NCBI GenBank assembly: GCA_963830915.1
Contig: CAWHOE010000057.1
Span: 61,011-125,010, forward strand
Reading direction: 5' to 3'
Origin: a candidate division FCPU426 bacterium
Lineage (GTDB): Bacteria; Oederibacteriota; Muellerivitia; Muellerivitales; Muellerivitaceae
DNA length: 64,000 nucleotides
Position numbers and translations under genes: made by a program
Notes under the pieces: generated by a model
Database searches by the model: none
Told to the model about the DNA's origin: nothing
What the model saw: the letters and a program-made list of their open reading frames with translations, nothing else
Shown: positions 39,002 to 50,236 of the stretch, piece after piece
Position numbering within the stretch: the stretch's first letter is position 1
How the letters are laid out: every line of letters starts with the position of its first letter

Positions 39002-40572
39002 ATGAGTACCAACCTGACCCCCGAACCCTCCATCCCAGGCCGTATCGTACTGACCCCGCCCAAATCCTCGGGTAAACCCCAGATCACCATTACCATCCTG
39101 GCCGGCCCGGAGCAGGGTCAGATATTCAAGATCGCCCGTCCCACCACGACCATCGGCCGTTCCAATACCTGCGAGGTGGTCCTGAGCGACCCGCTCGTTT
39201 CCCGCCAGCATTGCCAGGTCCTGCTGGGCATGGGGGAATCAGCCTGAGGGATTTGGGCAGTACGAACGGCTCCTTCTTGAACGGGGCCAGGGTGACCGAA
39301 AGCCCCTTGAGGAACCAGGATGTCATCTCGGTCGGAGGAACCCGCCTGAGATTCGCCGTGGAGGTTTCCAAAGACCAGGCCGAATCCAAGACCCCCATGA
39401 TCGATGAATTGGCCCATAAAAAGCTCCTGACCCTTTATGAGGTCGGGAATATCGTCAATTCAGTCCTGGAACTCAAGACCCTCCTGAGCATCATCATGGC
39501 CATGGCCATCAAGGTCATGCAGGCCAATCGAGGCTTCCTATTGTTGCGGGAAAAGAGCGGCGAATTGAAACCAGTCGCCACCCACGCCCTGACGACCGCC
39601 GAGGCCCAGGCGCCTTACAGCCAGACCATCGTGGATACGGTCCTGAAGGAAAGGGTGCCTGTCCTGGTCCTGGACGCGGTCCATGACGTTCGGTTCTCAA
39701 ATCGTGACAGCCTGAAAGCCCTGCCCCTGTCCTCGGTCATCTGCGTGCCCATCTGGGAAAGGGACAGCATCGTGGGCGTGATCTATGTGGACAAGGCAGA
39801 AGGGACCAACACGTTCAATGAAGAGGACATGTATTTCCTGTCGGCCTTCGCCAACCAGGCGGCGGTCGCCATCACCAACGCCAAATTGTTCGATGACGTG
39901 AGAAGGGAAGAGCGGCTCAGGACTTCCTTGCAACGGTATCTTTCCCCCAACATCGTGGACGACATGGTCCGTAATAGCGGCCTGAGCATGGCCTTGGGCG
40001 GTGAAAAGAGGAAAGTTTCCGTTCTGTTCTGCGATATCCGGGGATTCACCACACTCACCGAAAAAGAACCGGTCGAGACCATCGTAAGTTTATTAAACGA
40101 ATACTTCAGTGCCATGTCCGATGTCATCTTCGCCAATCACGGGACCCTGGATAAATTCATCGGCGACGCCATCATGGCCATCTACGGAGCCCCCTTGGAA
40201 GTGCCGGACCAGGCCTACAAGGCCGTCAAAACGGCGGTGGAAATGCGGCAGAGGTTATCCGTATTGAACGAAAAGTGGAAGGGCGAGAAGAGGCCCCAAC
40301 TGCAGGCAGGGTTCGGGATCAACACCGGCGAGGCCATCGTCGGGAACATCGGAAGCGAACGCCGTATGGAATACACGGCCATCGGGGATATGGTCAATGT
40401 CGCCTCCCGAATCGAGGGGGAGACCGAAAGCAACCAGATATTCATCACCGAGTCGACCTTCCAGGAATTGGGAAGCCGGGTCAACGTCAAGAAACTTTCC
40501 CCGGTCAAGCTCAAAGGGAAAACCACGAAAGTCCAGATCTACGAGGTCATCGGCTTGAACCAGGCCGGTTGA
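39002..40572 (+). CDS. FHA-GAF-class III adenylate cyclase (frameshift at G5 39232-39236)
   Basis: IGR..D..VSRQH in ORF 39002 and DLGSTNGSFLNG in ORF 39211 form one FHA domain; GAF; FCDIRGFT, DKFIGDA, YTAIGD.VNVASR. Confidence 0.9.
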
Positions 40573-40675
40573 CCTCACCCCCCTTTCCTTTTTTTTGGAA
40601 CGCTGTTAAAACCCTACAAGCCATACTTCTGTGAACCGCCCCATGAGCCGTATCGATAAGGAAACTTAAGAGTCC

Positions 40676-42505
40676 ATGAGCAAGATCCAAACCCTTCCTG
40701 AAAAAGTCATCAATCAGATCGCGGCCGGCGAGGTCGTGGAAAGACCCGCTTCTGTCGTGAAGGAATTGATCGAGAACGCCATGGACGCCGGGGCTACCCA
40801 TATCGAGGTCGAGGTCCAGAACGGCGGATTGAAGCTCATCAAGGTCAGCGATGACGGCGAGGGGATGAGCCCCACGGACGCGCTCTTAGCCGTCCAAAAA
40901 CACGCAACCTCCAAGATCCATACGGTCGACGACCTGACCCACCTAAGTTCTTTTGGTTTCCGCGGGGAAGCCTTGGCCAGTATCGCCTCGGTCTCCCATT
41001 TTGAGCTTTCCACCAGGGAGAAAGGCGCCCTCTCGGGAGTGAGCGTGAAGATCAAGGGGGGAGGGAAGGCCCAATCCCTGGAGACAGGCCGGCCTGAAGG
41101 CACGACCATCTCCATCGCCAACCTTTTCTTCAATACCCCTGCCCGTTTGAAGTTCATGAAGAGACAATCCACCGAGGAAAACCATATCTTCCAGGTCGTG
41201 TCGACCTATTCCCTCGCTTTCCCCCAGGTCTCCTTTCAGTTGAAGTTGGATGGGAAAAGGTCCTTGGAAGCGACTTCTTCGGACTTCAAGAACAGGCTTA
41301 GCCAAGTCCTGGGGAAAGAAAAAGCCGCCGCCCTCATACCTTTGGACCTTCGATCAGGGGATATCCAAGTTAAAGGAGCGGTCAGTACCCCGACCGTGAC
41401 CCAGCCCACTAGGGAAAACATGCTTTTTTTCGTCAATAACCGATGGATCTCCAATCCCTCCCTGGGCCACGCGGTCATGACCGGTTTCCATACCCTTCTG
41501 CCTACCCGGCGTTTCCCGGTAGCAATCCTTTTCATTGAAATGCCACACGAATCCGTGGATGTGAACGTCCATCCGACGAAGAAGGAAGTGAAATTCGCCA
41601 AGGACAGGGAAGTGTATGACGCGGTCGTAAAGGCCATTCGGGAAGCCCTTCTTTCGGCCACAGGCACCTTGACCGAACCGGGAGCCATACCCCAGAACCC
41701 AACCGTGGTCCTTCAAGCCGATTACCCAAAAAAGGAAGGGAACTATCCCTTTGCCCAGGAAATTCAAACGAATTTGACCAGCCAGTCGACAGCCAGCTCT
41801 TTCGTTACCGCTTTTACCTCGCTGGTCGATCAAGCCCCCATTGGCCACGGAATGACCATGGATAAGGACACCACGGGTAAAAGCCAGCTCTCTGCCAAAA
41901 AGATCGACCCTCAAGTATCCCTTTACAACTTCTCCCAAATGTTCAATACCTTCATCGTTTTCCAATCGGACTCCGAGCTCTACATCGCTGACCAACACAC
42001 GGTCCACGAAAGGTTGAACTACGAGAAGTTCATGAAAGCGGTCCGGGAAAAGACCATCGAGATACAACCCCTTCTGGTCCCGGCGACCGTCGAATTGAAC
42101 CCTAAAGAAGCCAATGTCCTCAAGAACCATTTGGAAACCCTGCTGGAACTGGGCATGGAAGTGGCTCCCTTCGGGGGAAATACTTTCTTGATAAGGTCCG
42201 TACCGTCGGATTTGGCCGGTAAAAACATCGTCAAATTGCTTCAAGACCTGTTGGATGACCTATCCGCCGAGGAATCAACCGGGATCAAAGGCAGGAACAG
42301 TATGGAGCAATCCCGTGAAAGGACCGCCACTTTCATGGCCTGCCGAAGCTCGGTCATGGCGGGAGACCGGCTCAACGAGGAACAGATGAAGGGTTTGATC
42401 GACCGGATGAGGGAAGCCAATCTGCCTTTCACCTGTCCTCACGGCCGACCTACCATCCTATCCATACCCTTGACCGAACTTTATCGAAGGTTTGACCGAC
42501 ATTGA
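40676..42505 (+). CDS. mutL: DNA mismatch repair endonuclease MutL
   Basis: IAAGEVVERPASVVKEL, GFRGEAL, DVNVHP, DQHTVHER, ACR, CPHGRP. Confidence 0.98.
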   Translation: MSKIQTLPEKVINQIAAGEVVERPASVVKELIENAMDAGATHIEVEVQNGGLKLIKVSDDGEGMSPTDALLAVQKHATSKIHTVDDLTHLSSFGFRGEALASIASVSHFELSTREKGALSGVSVKIKGGGKAQSLETGRPEGTTISIANLFFNTPARLKFMKRQSTEENHIFQVVSTYSLAFPQVSFQLKLDGKRSLEATSSDFKNRLSQVLGKEKAAALIPLDLRSGDIQVKGAVSTPTVTQPTRENMLFFVNNRWISNPSLGHAVMTGFHTLLPTRRFPVAILFIEMPHESVDVNVHPTKKEVKFAKDREVYDAVVKAIREALLSATGTLTEPGAIPQNPTVVLQADYPKKEGNYPFAQEIQTNLTSQSTASSFVTAFTSLVDQAPIGHGMTMDKDTTGKSQLSAKKIDPQVSLYNFSQMFNTFIVFQSDSELYIADQHTVHERLNYEKFMKAVREKTIEIQPLLVPATVELNPKEANVLKNHLETLLELGMEVAPFGGNTFLIRSVPSDLAGKNIVKLLQDLLDDLSAEESTGIKGRNSMEQSRERTATFMACRSSVMAGDRLNEEQMKGLIDRMREANLPFTCPHGRPTILSIPLTELYRRFDRH

Positions 42506-43446
42506 GCCTACTTTCTCTTCAAGAGGGCATGGCTAAAATCCCGATTCTGGTCGGGCCGACCGGCGTTGGGAAATCCGAGATTGCCTATCATCTAGCCCTG
42601 AAAATGGGTGCCGAAATACTTTCGGCCGATGCTTTCCAAGTTTATCGTGGGCTTCCCATTGGCACGGCCCAACCACCCCGAGCGTGGCAAGAAAAGGTCA
42701 GACATCACTTGGTTGGGATAAGGGAGCCCGAACTCTCCTGGAGCGCGGTAGAGTTCGCTCAAGAAGCCATGACGATCCTGAAAGATCGCTGGGCAGCCGG
42801 AAAAAAAGTCATCATCATCGGCGGGGCCGGATTTTACATGAAAGCCTTGGTCGACGGTATACCGACCGGTTTGGCTCCGACGCCCGAAAAAAGGAACGAA
42901 ATCTTTCAAAAGGTAACAGCGATGGGCAATGAAAAAGCCCATCAGTGGTTGAATAATGTTGATTCCAACGCCGCCCAGAGGATACATCCTAATGATAGAC
43001 AAAGGATCTGCCGGGCCCTAGAGAAGGCCTCCTTATCCCAATCCCGAATGGAATATGAGGTTTTGGGAAAATTGAACGTCATTTTCCTCGGCCTTGAACG
43101 CTCACGGGAGAGCCTTAATAACTTGCTTAGAAAGAGGGTAAGTATGATGTGGCAGGAAGGGCTGTTAGAGGAAGCCAGGAAATTAGGCAATATGGGATTA
43201 CCACCCGAACATCCCATCTGGGGGGCCATTGGTTATTCGGAAGCTTTAGCGTTCCTTCAGGGCGCTGTCCCAAAAGAAGAAGCTATGGAAATGGTGTTTC
43301 GTAGGACCCGCCAATACGCCAAACGCCAATGGACCTGGTTCAGGCACCAGCATCAAGTGGAATGGTTCGATCTTGATAACTTTCCCCATTCGGCGGAACT
43401 TATTGATATCCTTGAGAATAAGATTACAAGCGTTGAGGGGTCATGA
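42502..43446 (+). CDS. miaA: tRNA dimethylallyltransferase
   Basis: GPTGVGKS, SADAFQVYRG..IGTA, RQYAKRQ.TWF; follows mutL; start may be ATG 42529. Confidence 0.95.
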   Translation: MSLLSLQEGMAKIPILVGPTGVGKSEIAYHLALKMGAEILSADAFQVYRGLPIGTAQPPRAWQEKVRHHLVGIREPELSWSAVEFAQEAMTILKDRWAAGKKVIIIGGAGFYMKALVDGIPTGLAPTPEKRNEIFQKVTAMGNEKAHQWLNNVDSNAAQRIHPNDRQRICRALEKASLSQSRMEYEVLGKLNVIFLGLERSRESLNNLLRKRVSMMWQEGLLEEARKLGNMGLPPEHPIWGAIGYSEALAFLQGAVPKEEAMEMVFRRTRQYAKRQWTWFRHQHQVEWFDLDNFPHSAELIDILENKITSVEGS

Positions 43447-43889
43447 TGCCAGCGATAAGGATAAGGGTTGCGGGAATTTTGGTGAAAGACAGCCGGATCC
43501 TTCTGGTCCGCCACGAGAAGAATGGCAACAGCTATTGGCTGCTTCCGGGTGGCGGCATGGAATTCGGCGAAACCGCCGAAGAGGCCTTGGTCCGGGAGTT
43601 CAAGGAAGAAGTGGGTCTGGATATCTCCGTGGGAAAACTGGTCTTGGTCCAGGATTCCATCCCCCCCAACCGCCATCGACAGGTCTTGAACCTTTATTTC
43701 TTGGTTTCGGCCAGCCGATTCGATATTAAAGTCACGACTGATGGGGTATTAAAGGACGCGTCATTTTATCCTTTGGACGACTTCAAGGATATGATCGTTA
43801 ATCCCGACGTTAAAACCGAAATATTGTCAGGCTTGTCTTCGAACTGGCCGGAAGGCTGCCAATATCTTGGGAACCGTTGGAAAGATTGA
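43443..43889 (+). CDS. NUDIX hydrolase
   Basis: GGMEFGETAEEALVREFKEEVG Nudix box. Confidence 0.92.
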   Translation: MMPAIRIRVAGILVKDSRILLVRHEKNGNSYWLLPGGGMEFGETAEEALVREFKEEVGLDISVGKLVLVQDSIPPNRHRQVLNLYFLVSASRFDIKVTTDGVLKDASFYPLDDFKDMIVNPDVKTEILSGLSSNWPEGCQYLGNRWKD

Positions 43890-43964
43890 CAGTCAGTTAT
43901 TCCGCTAAATAAGGGTTTTGTGACGGTTGCATAGGTTTTCGGGGTCTGTTAACATTGACCCCTT

Positions 43965-44939
43965 ATGAAACCAACGACATCTTCTAATGAGCAGCCCAAA
44001 CAAAATAAGACCTTCCTTTTCGTTATGATCGGATTCTTTGTTTTTTTCATTTTTAGCTTCATTTTCGTGGTTTATTCCATCCAAAAGGTCTTTGGAAAAT
44101 CCACACCCTCCCTGATCTCTAGTTCGGACGAGATCACTCTGATTGAAATTAATGGCCCCATCTACGAGAGTGACGATATCCTCCGGCGCATCCGTAAGTT
44201 CAAAAAGAGCAATAAAAAAGCCCTCCTCTTGCGATTGGATAGCCCGGGGGGAGCGGTAGCGCCATCCCAGGAGATCTATTCCGAGGTACTCAGCGCCAGG
44301 GAAGCTAAAAAGATCGTTGTCGCCAGCATGGGAAGCGTAGCTGCTTCCGGCGCTTATTACATTGCCTCCGCCTGTGACAAGATCGTGGCAGACCCAGGTA
44401 CCATCACAGCCTCCATCGGTGTGATCGCCGAATTCCCGGACGCATCCATACTTTTGAAGAAGGTGGGAGTGAATTTTCAAACGGTCAAAAGCGGCCAATT
44501 CAAGGATACAGGCTCTTTCAATCGACCCTTGAGTCCCGCTGAAAAAGCCTATCTTCAGGAGACTATCAACGATGTTTTCGAGCAATTCCTGGGCTCTGTC
44601 GTAACCAGCCGAAAAGCCGCTTTTCAGGAAAGGATCGCGTTCCTTGAGAAGAAAAAGCCGGCCCAAATAACCGATCCTGAGATACGAAGTCATGTGTTGA
44701 AATACGCCGATGGACGGATACTGACTGGAAAGAAAGCCTACGAACTGGGCTTTGTGGACAAACTGGGGAATTATTATGACGCAGTGCAATTGACCGCCGA
44801 TCTGGCCGGGATCAAAGGGGAACCCTCGGTTCGATTGGACGAGCCGGTTAAGTTCAAGCAGTTCCTGAACGAATTATTGCCTTTCTCTTATTTCACGAAG
44901 ACCAAAACGTCTTTCCAATTGGATTACAGAGCTTTCTAG
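43965..44939 (+). CDS. sppA: Signal peptide peptidase SppA (36K type)
   Basis: RLDSPGG, VAASGAYY, SIGVI, KSGQFKD, ADGRI. Confidence 0.93.
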   Translation: MKPTTSSNEQPKQNKTFLFVMIGFFVFFIFSFIFVVYSIQKVFGKSTPSLISSSDEITLIEINGPIYESDDILRRIRKFKKSNKKALLLRLDSPGGAVAPSQEIYSEVLSAREAKKIVVASMGSVAASGAYYIASACDKIVADPGTITASIGVIAEFPDASILLKKVGVNFQTVKSGQFKDTGSFNRPLSPAEKAYLQETINDVFEQFLGSVVTSRKAAFQERIAFLEKKKPAQITDPEIRSHVLKYADGRILTGKKAYELGFVDKLGNYYDAVQLTADLAGIKGEPSVRLDEPVKFKQFLNELLPFSYFTKTKTSFQLDYRAF

Positions 44940-44963
44940 TCGAGATATATTAAGGAGGATGAA

Positions 44964-46853
44964 TTGCCTGAGACACCTAAAAATCCACCAGCCAAACCCC
45001 CAGCCCCTGAACCGGTTGTTGAGGCGGCTCCTATCGCGCCACCACCCCCTCCACTTCCCGAAAATAAGTTCTTGATCGGCCTTTCCAGGTTCATGACCGG
45101 CACATTCTTGTTAATCGCCGGGATTGCCTTCATCCTTTTGGGTATCTATTTCAAGTTCAAGAACCCCATGCCAGCCAATGTCGCCTTTTTTGTGAATCAG
45201 ATCATCCCTCATTTGCCTTATTTCTTCACTGGGATCGGTTTGTTCCTTTTGGGATACGCCCGCCTGTTGGACAATCGTAAACATTCCTCCGAACTAAAGA
45301 AGAACAGGCACTATAACCATGCCTGGAAGATACCTTTGATCGGTATGCAGGTTTTCATCCTTCAATTCGCTGGTATTTATTGCATTTGCGCCGGGTTCCA
45401 TTGGCTGCCCCAACTGAAAAGCCTAATGACATTCCTTTTCTTGATCCTTCTATTCCTGGGCTACTTGCTTTGGTACACCATCGCCCATTTCAGCAACCGA
45501 TTCCCCAATATCGCCGGTCTCAGGGTCGCCATGTTGGCCCTTACATTGGCCGCCCTTTCATTTTTCTCCTGGGTTCTGGCCCAATTAGTGTTCTTCAGCT
45601 TGTTAGCGGGATTCTTTTCCGTTATCGCTGCGGTCACCAGTCTGGTGATGTCTCCCTTCCATAAAGATGAGGAAAGAGGGAATTGGTTGAGGGTTTTGAG
45701 TTTGGTGGCTACGGTCGGACTTTTATTATGGGTCGGCTGGAACACCATGGCTTTCGGCAATACCCGCGCCACCCTTGTCAACCTGGGTTCCGCTTTACAG
45801 AGCCTCAACGGTTACATAGACCATCCCACATATTCTAAGGACGGACGGAAATTGGCCTTTTCCCAATATGTCGACAAGAAATGGTATTTGCAGATCATCG
45901 ATCCCAATGACGCCAATAACCAATCCTTTAAGATCCCCGCGGGAGAAAGCTCTTTCCGTTCTTATTTCGTCGCGAACGGTAACTTTATCTTGATGGACGG
46001 TGTCAAAGACGGTGTCCGTAACCTTTGGAAAGTTGACCCTAAGACCGGTGCCGTGACCATCCTGACCTCATCAGGGATCGAGCCGCTTGGTGAAGTGAAC
46101 CCATGGTCCGAATCCCGAAAGGAATTCCTCTATGTAACACAAGACGACACTCAATACTCCCTCCGGGTCCTGGCGATTGAGGAACCCAGCGCGAAACCAA
46201 CGAAAAAGATGGCGAAAGGGAAAAAGGCACCCAAAGGCAAAAAGAAAAAGAAGGATCCAGCCATCCTATTCTCTTCGACCAATCCCATTCTCACCCCTTC
46301 CTGGACGGTCGATGGAGAGGAGGTCGTCTATGCGGACGGTGTATCGGATAAACCCCTCATTTACAACTTAACGACAAAGAAAACCAAGATGCTCATTTCC
46401 TACGATGAAAAAGCGGAACGGGTGAAAAAGGGAGCCGATAAAGAATCTTACTCCCCCGCGGTGGAAGTATTCCCCTCCCCAGATGGTTTCCGCTACATGT
46501 ACATCACGAAAAAAGGGACCGAAACCTCTATCTGGACGGAATTGGCCGACGGTTCCAAAGCCTCGGACCTATATGATTCGTCTTTGGAAATCAAAAGTTT
46601 CGCTTGGAACCCTGACGGTCAAAAGATCGTTTTCGAGGAAAGGGAACGCAAGCTCGGTTTCCTCGCCCAAACCGACTGCATCAAGATATTGGACGCGAAT
46701 ATCGGTGAAACGGAGACGCTCATCATGCCTCAGATCTCCCACCGTTCTCCCGCCGTCTCACCCGATGGAGTGAAGATAGCCTTCATCAGCAGTCAATATC
46801 TGTGGCTCCCGGCCTCGAGCCAATCGGGGATTTGGGTGGCTGTCCTGAGATAA
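44964..46853 (+). CDS. Multi-pass membrane protein with TolB/PD40-like propeller
   Basis: About 7 TM segments, then P.(W/Y)SPDG.KI.F repeats. Confidence 0.75.
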   Translation: MPETPKNPPAKPPAPEPVVEAAPIAPPPPPLPENKFLIGLSRFMTGTFLLIAGIAFILLGIYFKFKNPMPANVAFFVNQIIPHLPYFFTGIGLFLLGYARLLDNRKHSSELKKNRHYNHAWKIPLIGMQVFILQFAGIYCICAGFHWLPQLKSLMTFLFLILLFLGYLLWYTIAHFSNRFPNIAGLRVAMLALTLAALSFFSWVLAQLVFFSLLAGFFSVIAAVTSLVMSPFHKDEERGNWLRVLSLVATVGLLLWVGWNTMAFGNTRATLVNLGSALQSLNGYIDHPTYSKDGRKLAFSQYVDKKWYLQIIDPNDANNQSFKIPAGESSFRSYFVANGNFILMDGVKDGVRNLWKVDPKTGAVTILTSSGIEPLGEVNPWSESRKEFLYVTQDDTQYSLRVLAIEEPSAKPTKKMAKGKKAPKGKKKKKDPAILFSSTNPILTPSWTVDGEEVVYADGVSDKPLIYNLTTKKTKMLISYDEKAERVKKGADKESYSPAVEVFPSPDGFRYMYITKKGTETSIWTELADGSKASDLYDSSLEIKSFAWNPDGQKIVFEERERKLGFLAQTDCIKILDANIGETETLIMPQISHRSPAVSPDGVKIAFISSQYLWLPASSQSGIWVAVLR

Positions 46854-46885
46854 CACCCGGTTCCAAGCCGACCTAAAGGACATGA

Positions 46886-49800
46886 ATGAGGTTTTCACCC
46901 GGAAATCATTCTAAAAAATACTGGGTAACCTTCTTGATCTGGTTTTTCATGTTTTCGACTACTTGGGCCGATCTGGATTTCGGGATCAATAAGGTCCGCT
47001 ACCACACCGATCACCAGTGGAAGATCCTAGAGACCCAGCATTTCGAAATCTATTACTACCAGGGCTGTGAGGCTTTGGCACGTTCCGCTACCCGCTACGC
47101 CGAGAACGCGTTCGTTTCGATTAGCCAGACCTTCGATTTTGTTCCCAAGACCAAGATCCCTTTATTCATTTATGGAACACCTTCCGAATTCCAGGAAACG
47201 AATATTTCTCCCGAGTTCCTCCCGGAGGGAGTCGGGGGTTTCACTGAGGTTTTCAAGAACCGTATCGCGGTCCCCATGGCCGGTTCCTACCACGAGTTCG
47301 AGAAAGTCCTTCATCATGAACTGACCCACGCCTTCCAATATGACCTCATCTACGGCGAAGGCTGGCGATCGGTCAATCTATTCAAGGCGGTCTTCGTCCC
47401 CAATTGGATGATGGAGGGAATGGCCGAATGGAACGCCCGTCACTTGGATTCCCAGGGCGAAATGGTCCTTAGGGACGCCGTTTTAAACGATAAGGTCATG
47501 CCGCTGAATCTTCTCGAATCATTCGAGCATTTCGAGCAGGTCTATATGGCCTACAAGGAATCCCAAAGCGTTCTGGACTATATTTCGCAAGTCTATGGCC
47601 GAGATAAGGTCATCTCGATCTTCAAGAAGATGACCTCCAATCAACCGCCCGATTCAGCCGTGAAGAATACCCTGGGTATCTCCCTGGATGAACTCTATGA
47701 ACATTGGCATTTCTACATCAAAAGCCTGGCTTGGAGCAGGATTGAAGGCATGCCCTCTCCCGAACGTTACGGGGAAGTGTTGAGGCCGGAAATATTGAAA
47801 TCGGCGCCTTCTCCTGACGGAATCCGCTTGGCGACTCTCAACCAAGAGGAATTGGGGATCCTCACCCTTTCGACCAAGGACAGAACAACTTTATTAAATA
47901 GAAAGTTCGAGACCCAAGGTTCAGGAATCGCGTGGTCCCCGGACGGAAAATATCTCGCTTACTCGGCATTCGAGGATGGTGACTATCGATTATTTTATAT
48001 CGATACCAAGTCCCGAAAGATCATCCGATGCTCGGTTTCCAGCATGCCTCTGATCTATTCACCCGCCTGGTCACCAGACCAAAAATACATCCTCTTTACC
48101 GGGTTCGACTATGTCTCGACTAACCTTTACCGGTACGAAATAGCCAATGGCCATCTGGAAAAGATGACTGATGACACAACGACTAAAAATTGGGATCAAT
48201 ACAGCCAAGACAACCGTTCCATTTATTATGTCGAGGAAATTGATGGCCTAACCAGCTTAAAAAAGATCCCCCTGGATGACAAGGGCCTACCTTCTGGGCC
48301 TGCCCTTTCCATCGGGAAGGACCTAGGGACTATCACCTCTTTGAAGGCAACAACCAAGAACCTGTATTTCACGACCGACTTGAACAGGAAGATCTTCAAT
48401 CTGTTCGAAACGGACCTGGAAGGTGGAAAACTAACCTTACTTTCCAATTCCTTCGCGGATATCCTCAGCGCGATTCCATCCCCCGATGAAAAATACTTTT
48501 ACGCGAATGTTTATCAGAAATCGATCGTGACCCTCTATTCATTCGAAAGGGCAAAGATGGAGAATAATCCATGGGATGTGGTCGCTAGAGATCCGAGCGG
48601 GAAGGGCGTTTCCTATATCTCCGACGCATTTGCGAGTGCTTCTAAGATCATTCCCATGAACCCAGATAATAACACCGCTAGTGTTTCAAACACCATTACC
48701 GTCGATAAGACGGATAACTTATGGGGGGATAAGAAAACTAAAACGCCACCGGTCTCCATTCCAACCCCGGTTGCCCATCTGGAAATAACGGAAGCTTCCA
48801 ACATCATCCAATTGGAATGGCCGGAACAAGACAACGAGAATGAAACCGTGGACACTTACCACATCTACCGCTCTACCACACCCGGATCCAATTTCAATCT
48901 TATCGGAACATCCGCATCAGATAAGCATGGAAAATTCGTCGATTATCAGGTGGTGGATAACGGGAAATATTTCTACTATGTGACCGCGGTCAACGAAAAA
49001 GGAGAAAGCCCACCCTCTCCCATCGTTGAGGGAACTCCAGAGTTCAAGCTTTCCGCCAAAGATTATTCTTTCTCTGTTTCTCCCGACATCCTTTTGTTCT
49101 TGGCCGGGTACGACAGTTCTTTTGGGTTCGTAGGGGGCGGGATGATGGAAATGAGCGACTATCTGGGTGATCACCGATTGGGTATTCTAGGTGACACGAT
49201 CCCCAATGTTCGGACCGGCATCGAAACTAATTACGAGTTCTCCTCCTGGCGAACAACGGTAGACCTCGACTTTTATTATTATCAGAATTTCTTCCAGATC
49301 TATGACCTGCAGACCAGTAACATCGTGGATCAATACCGGAACAACGAGAATGGTTTCGACCTGAAATTCAGCTACCCTATCGACTCCCAAACCCGGATTG
49401 AATACGGGGTAGGGACCCAAAGATTCGAGGGAAGCCCGCTTTATCTCCAATTCTCTGAGGGACTGTCCAACTATTCCTTGAATACGGATCAGTGGGATGT
49501 CGCCAATTATTACCGCCTATCCTTCGTTCAGGACAAGCGGAAGGGAACCCAATTCTGGCCCAGCAGCGGCTACGCCTTGAATTTCACCGTCCTGCAAGCC
49601 TTACCTGTATTGGACGCCAACGTTTCTTTCGCCAACCTGCTTTTTGAGACCCAAGTATTCGCAGATATCGGCTTCTTGAACAATCTGGTATGGGCGAACC
49701 GACTGGTGGGCATGACCTCCCAGGGACCCAATCCCCAGACTTTTTTCATCGGCGATGACCAGCCTTTTCAGGCCTACTTCACGACCATTCGTGGCTACGG

Positions 49801-50128
49801 AGGTAGCACCTTTTATGGCAGTAACTTGGCCCTCTGGAATACCGAATTGCGTTATCCCATCGCGACCAACCTGAATTTTCCCTTACAACCACTCTCTTTC
49901 ATCCTTTTGAAGGACATTGAACTGGCCGGGTTCATGGACACGGGCGTTCTGGCCGATCAGATCCAGGATATCCCCAATTCGCCTGTTCTCAGCAGCATCG
50001 GCGCTGGCATTCGTTTTTATAACTTCATTTATCAACGGGCACTTGTCATGCTGCGTTTTGATGTGGCATGGAGAATGGACCAGTCCTTGCCGCCGACCTT
50101 CCACTTCAATTTAGCGCCGATGTTTTAA
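46886..50128 (+). CDS. Peptidase-MA/TolB/FN3/BamA-like outer-membrane fusion protein
   Basis: HHELTH..WMMEGMAE zincin motif; WSPDG repeats; FN3 YHIYRS..YYVTAVN; IRGY, ELRYP, GAGIRF, C-terminal Phe. Confidence 0.85.
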   Translation: MRFSPGNHSKKYWVTFLIWFFMFSTTWADLDFGINKVRYHTDHQWKILETQHFEIYYYQGCEALARSATRYAENAFVSISQTFDFVPKTKIPLFIYGTPSEFQETNISPEFLPEGVGGFTEVFKNRIAVPMAGSYHEFEKVLHHELTHAFQYDLIYGEGWRSVNLFKAVFVPNWMMEGMAEWNARHLDSQGEMVLRDAVLNDKVMPLNLLESFEHFEQVYMAYKESQSVLDYISQVYGRDKVISIFKKMTSNQPPDSAVKNTLGISLDELYEHWHFYIKSLAWSRIEGMPSPERYGEVLRPEILKSAPSPDGIRLATLNQEELGILTLSTKDRTTLLNRKFETQGSGIAWSPDGKYLAYSAFEDGDYRLFYIDTKSRKIIRCSVSSMPLIYSPAWSPDQKYILFTGFDYVSTNLYRYEIANGHLEKMTDDTTTKNWDQYSQDNRSIYYVEEIDGLTSLKKIPLDDKGLPSGPALSIGKDLGTITSLKATTKNLYFTTDLNRKIFNLFETDLEGGKLTLLSNSFADILSAIPSPDEKYFYANVYQKSIVTLYSFERAKMENNPWDVVARDPSGKGVSYISDAFASASKIIPMNPDNNTASVSNTITVDKTDNLWGDKKTKTPPVSIPTPVAHLEITEASNIIQLEWPEQDNENETVDTYHIYRSTTPGSNFNLIGTSASDKHGKFVDYQVVDNGKYFYYVTAVNEKGESPPSPIVEGTPEFKLSAKDYSFSVSPDILLFLAGYDSSFGFVGGGMMEMSDYLGDHRLGILGDTIPNVRTGIETNYEFSSWRTTVDLDFYYYQNFFQIYDLQTSNIVDQYRNNENGFDLKFSYPIDSQTRIEYGVGTQRFEGSPLYLQFSEGLSNYSLNTDQWDVANYYRLSFVQDKRKGTQFWPSSGYALNFTVLQALPVLDANVSFANLLFETQVFADIGFLNNLVWANRLVGMTSQGPNPQTFFIGDDQPFQAYFTTIRGYGGSTFYGSNLALWNTELRYPIATNLNFPLQPLSFILLKDIELAGFMDTGVLADQIQDIPNSPVLSSIGAGIRFYNFIYQRALVMLRFDVAWRMDQSLPPTFHFNLAPMF

Positions 50129-50236
50129 CCTGATTCCTTTCGAAAACCCCATCAAAAAGCTGTTGGTGCAATCGAAAGTAACCGTTATAATAATTTCTCG
50201 TTTGAAGGGCAAAGTCATTACCTTAAGGGAACCCCA

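Noticed and set aside
30520..44789. Long antisense ORFs over leuS, holA, mutL and sppA
   Set aside because: Fully overlap well-supported genes and have no recognisable motifs; expected from codon bias.
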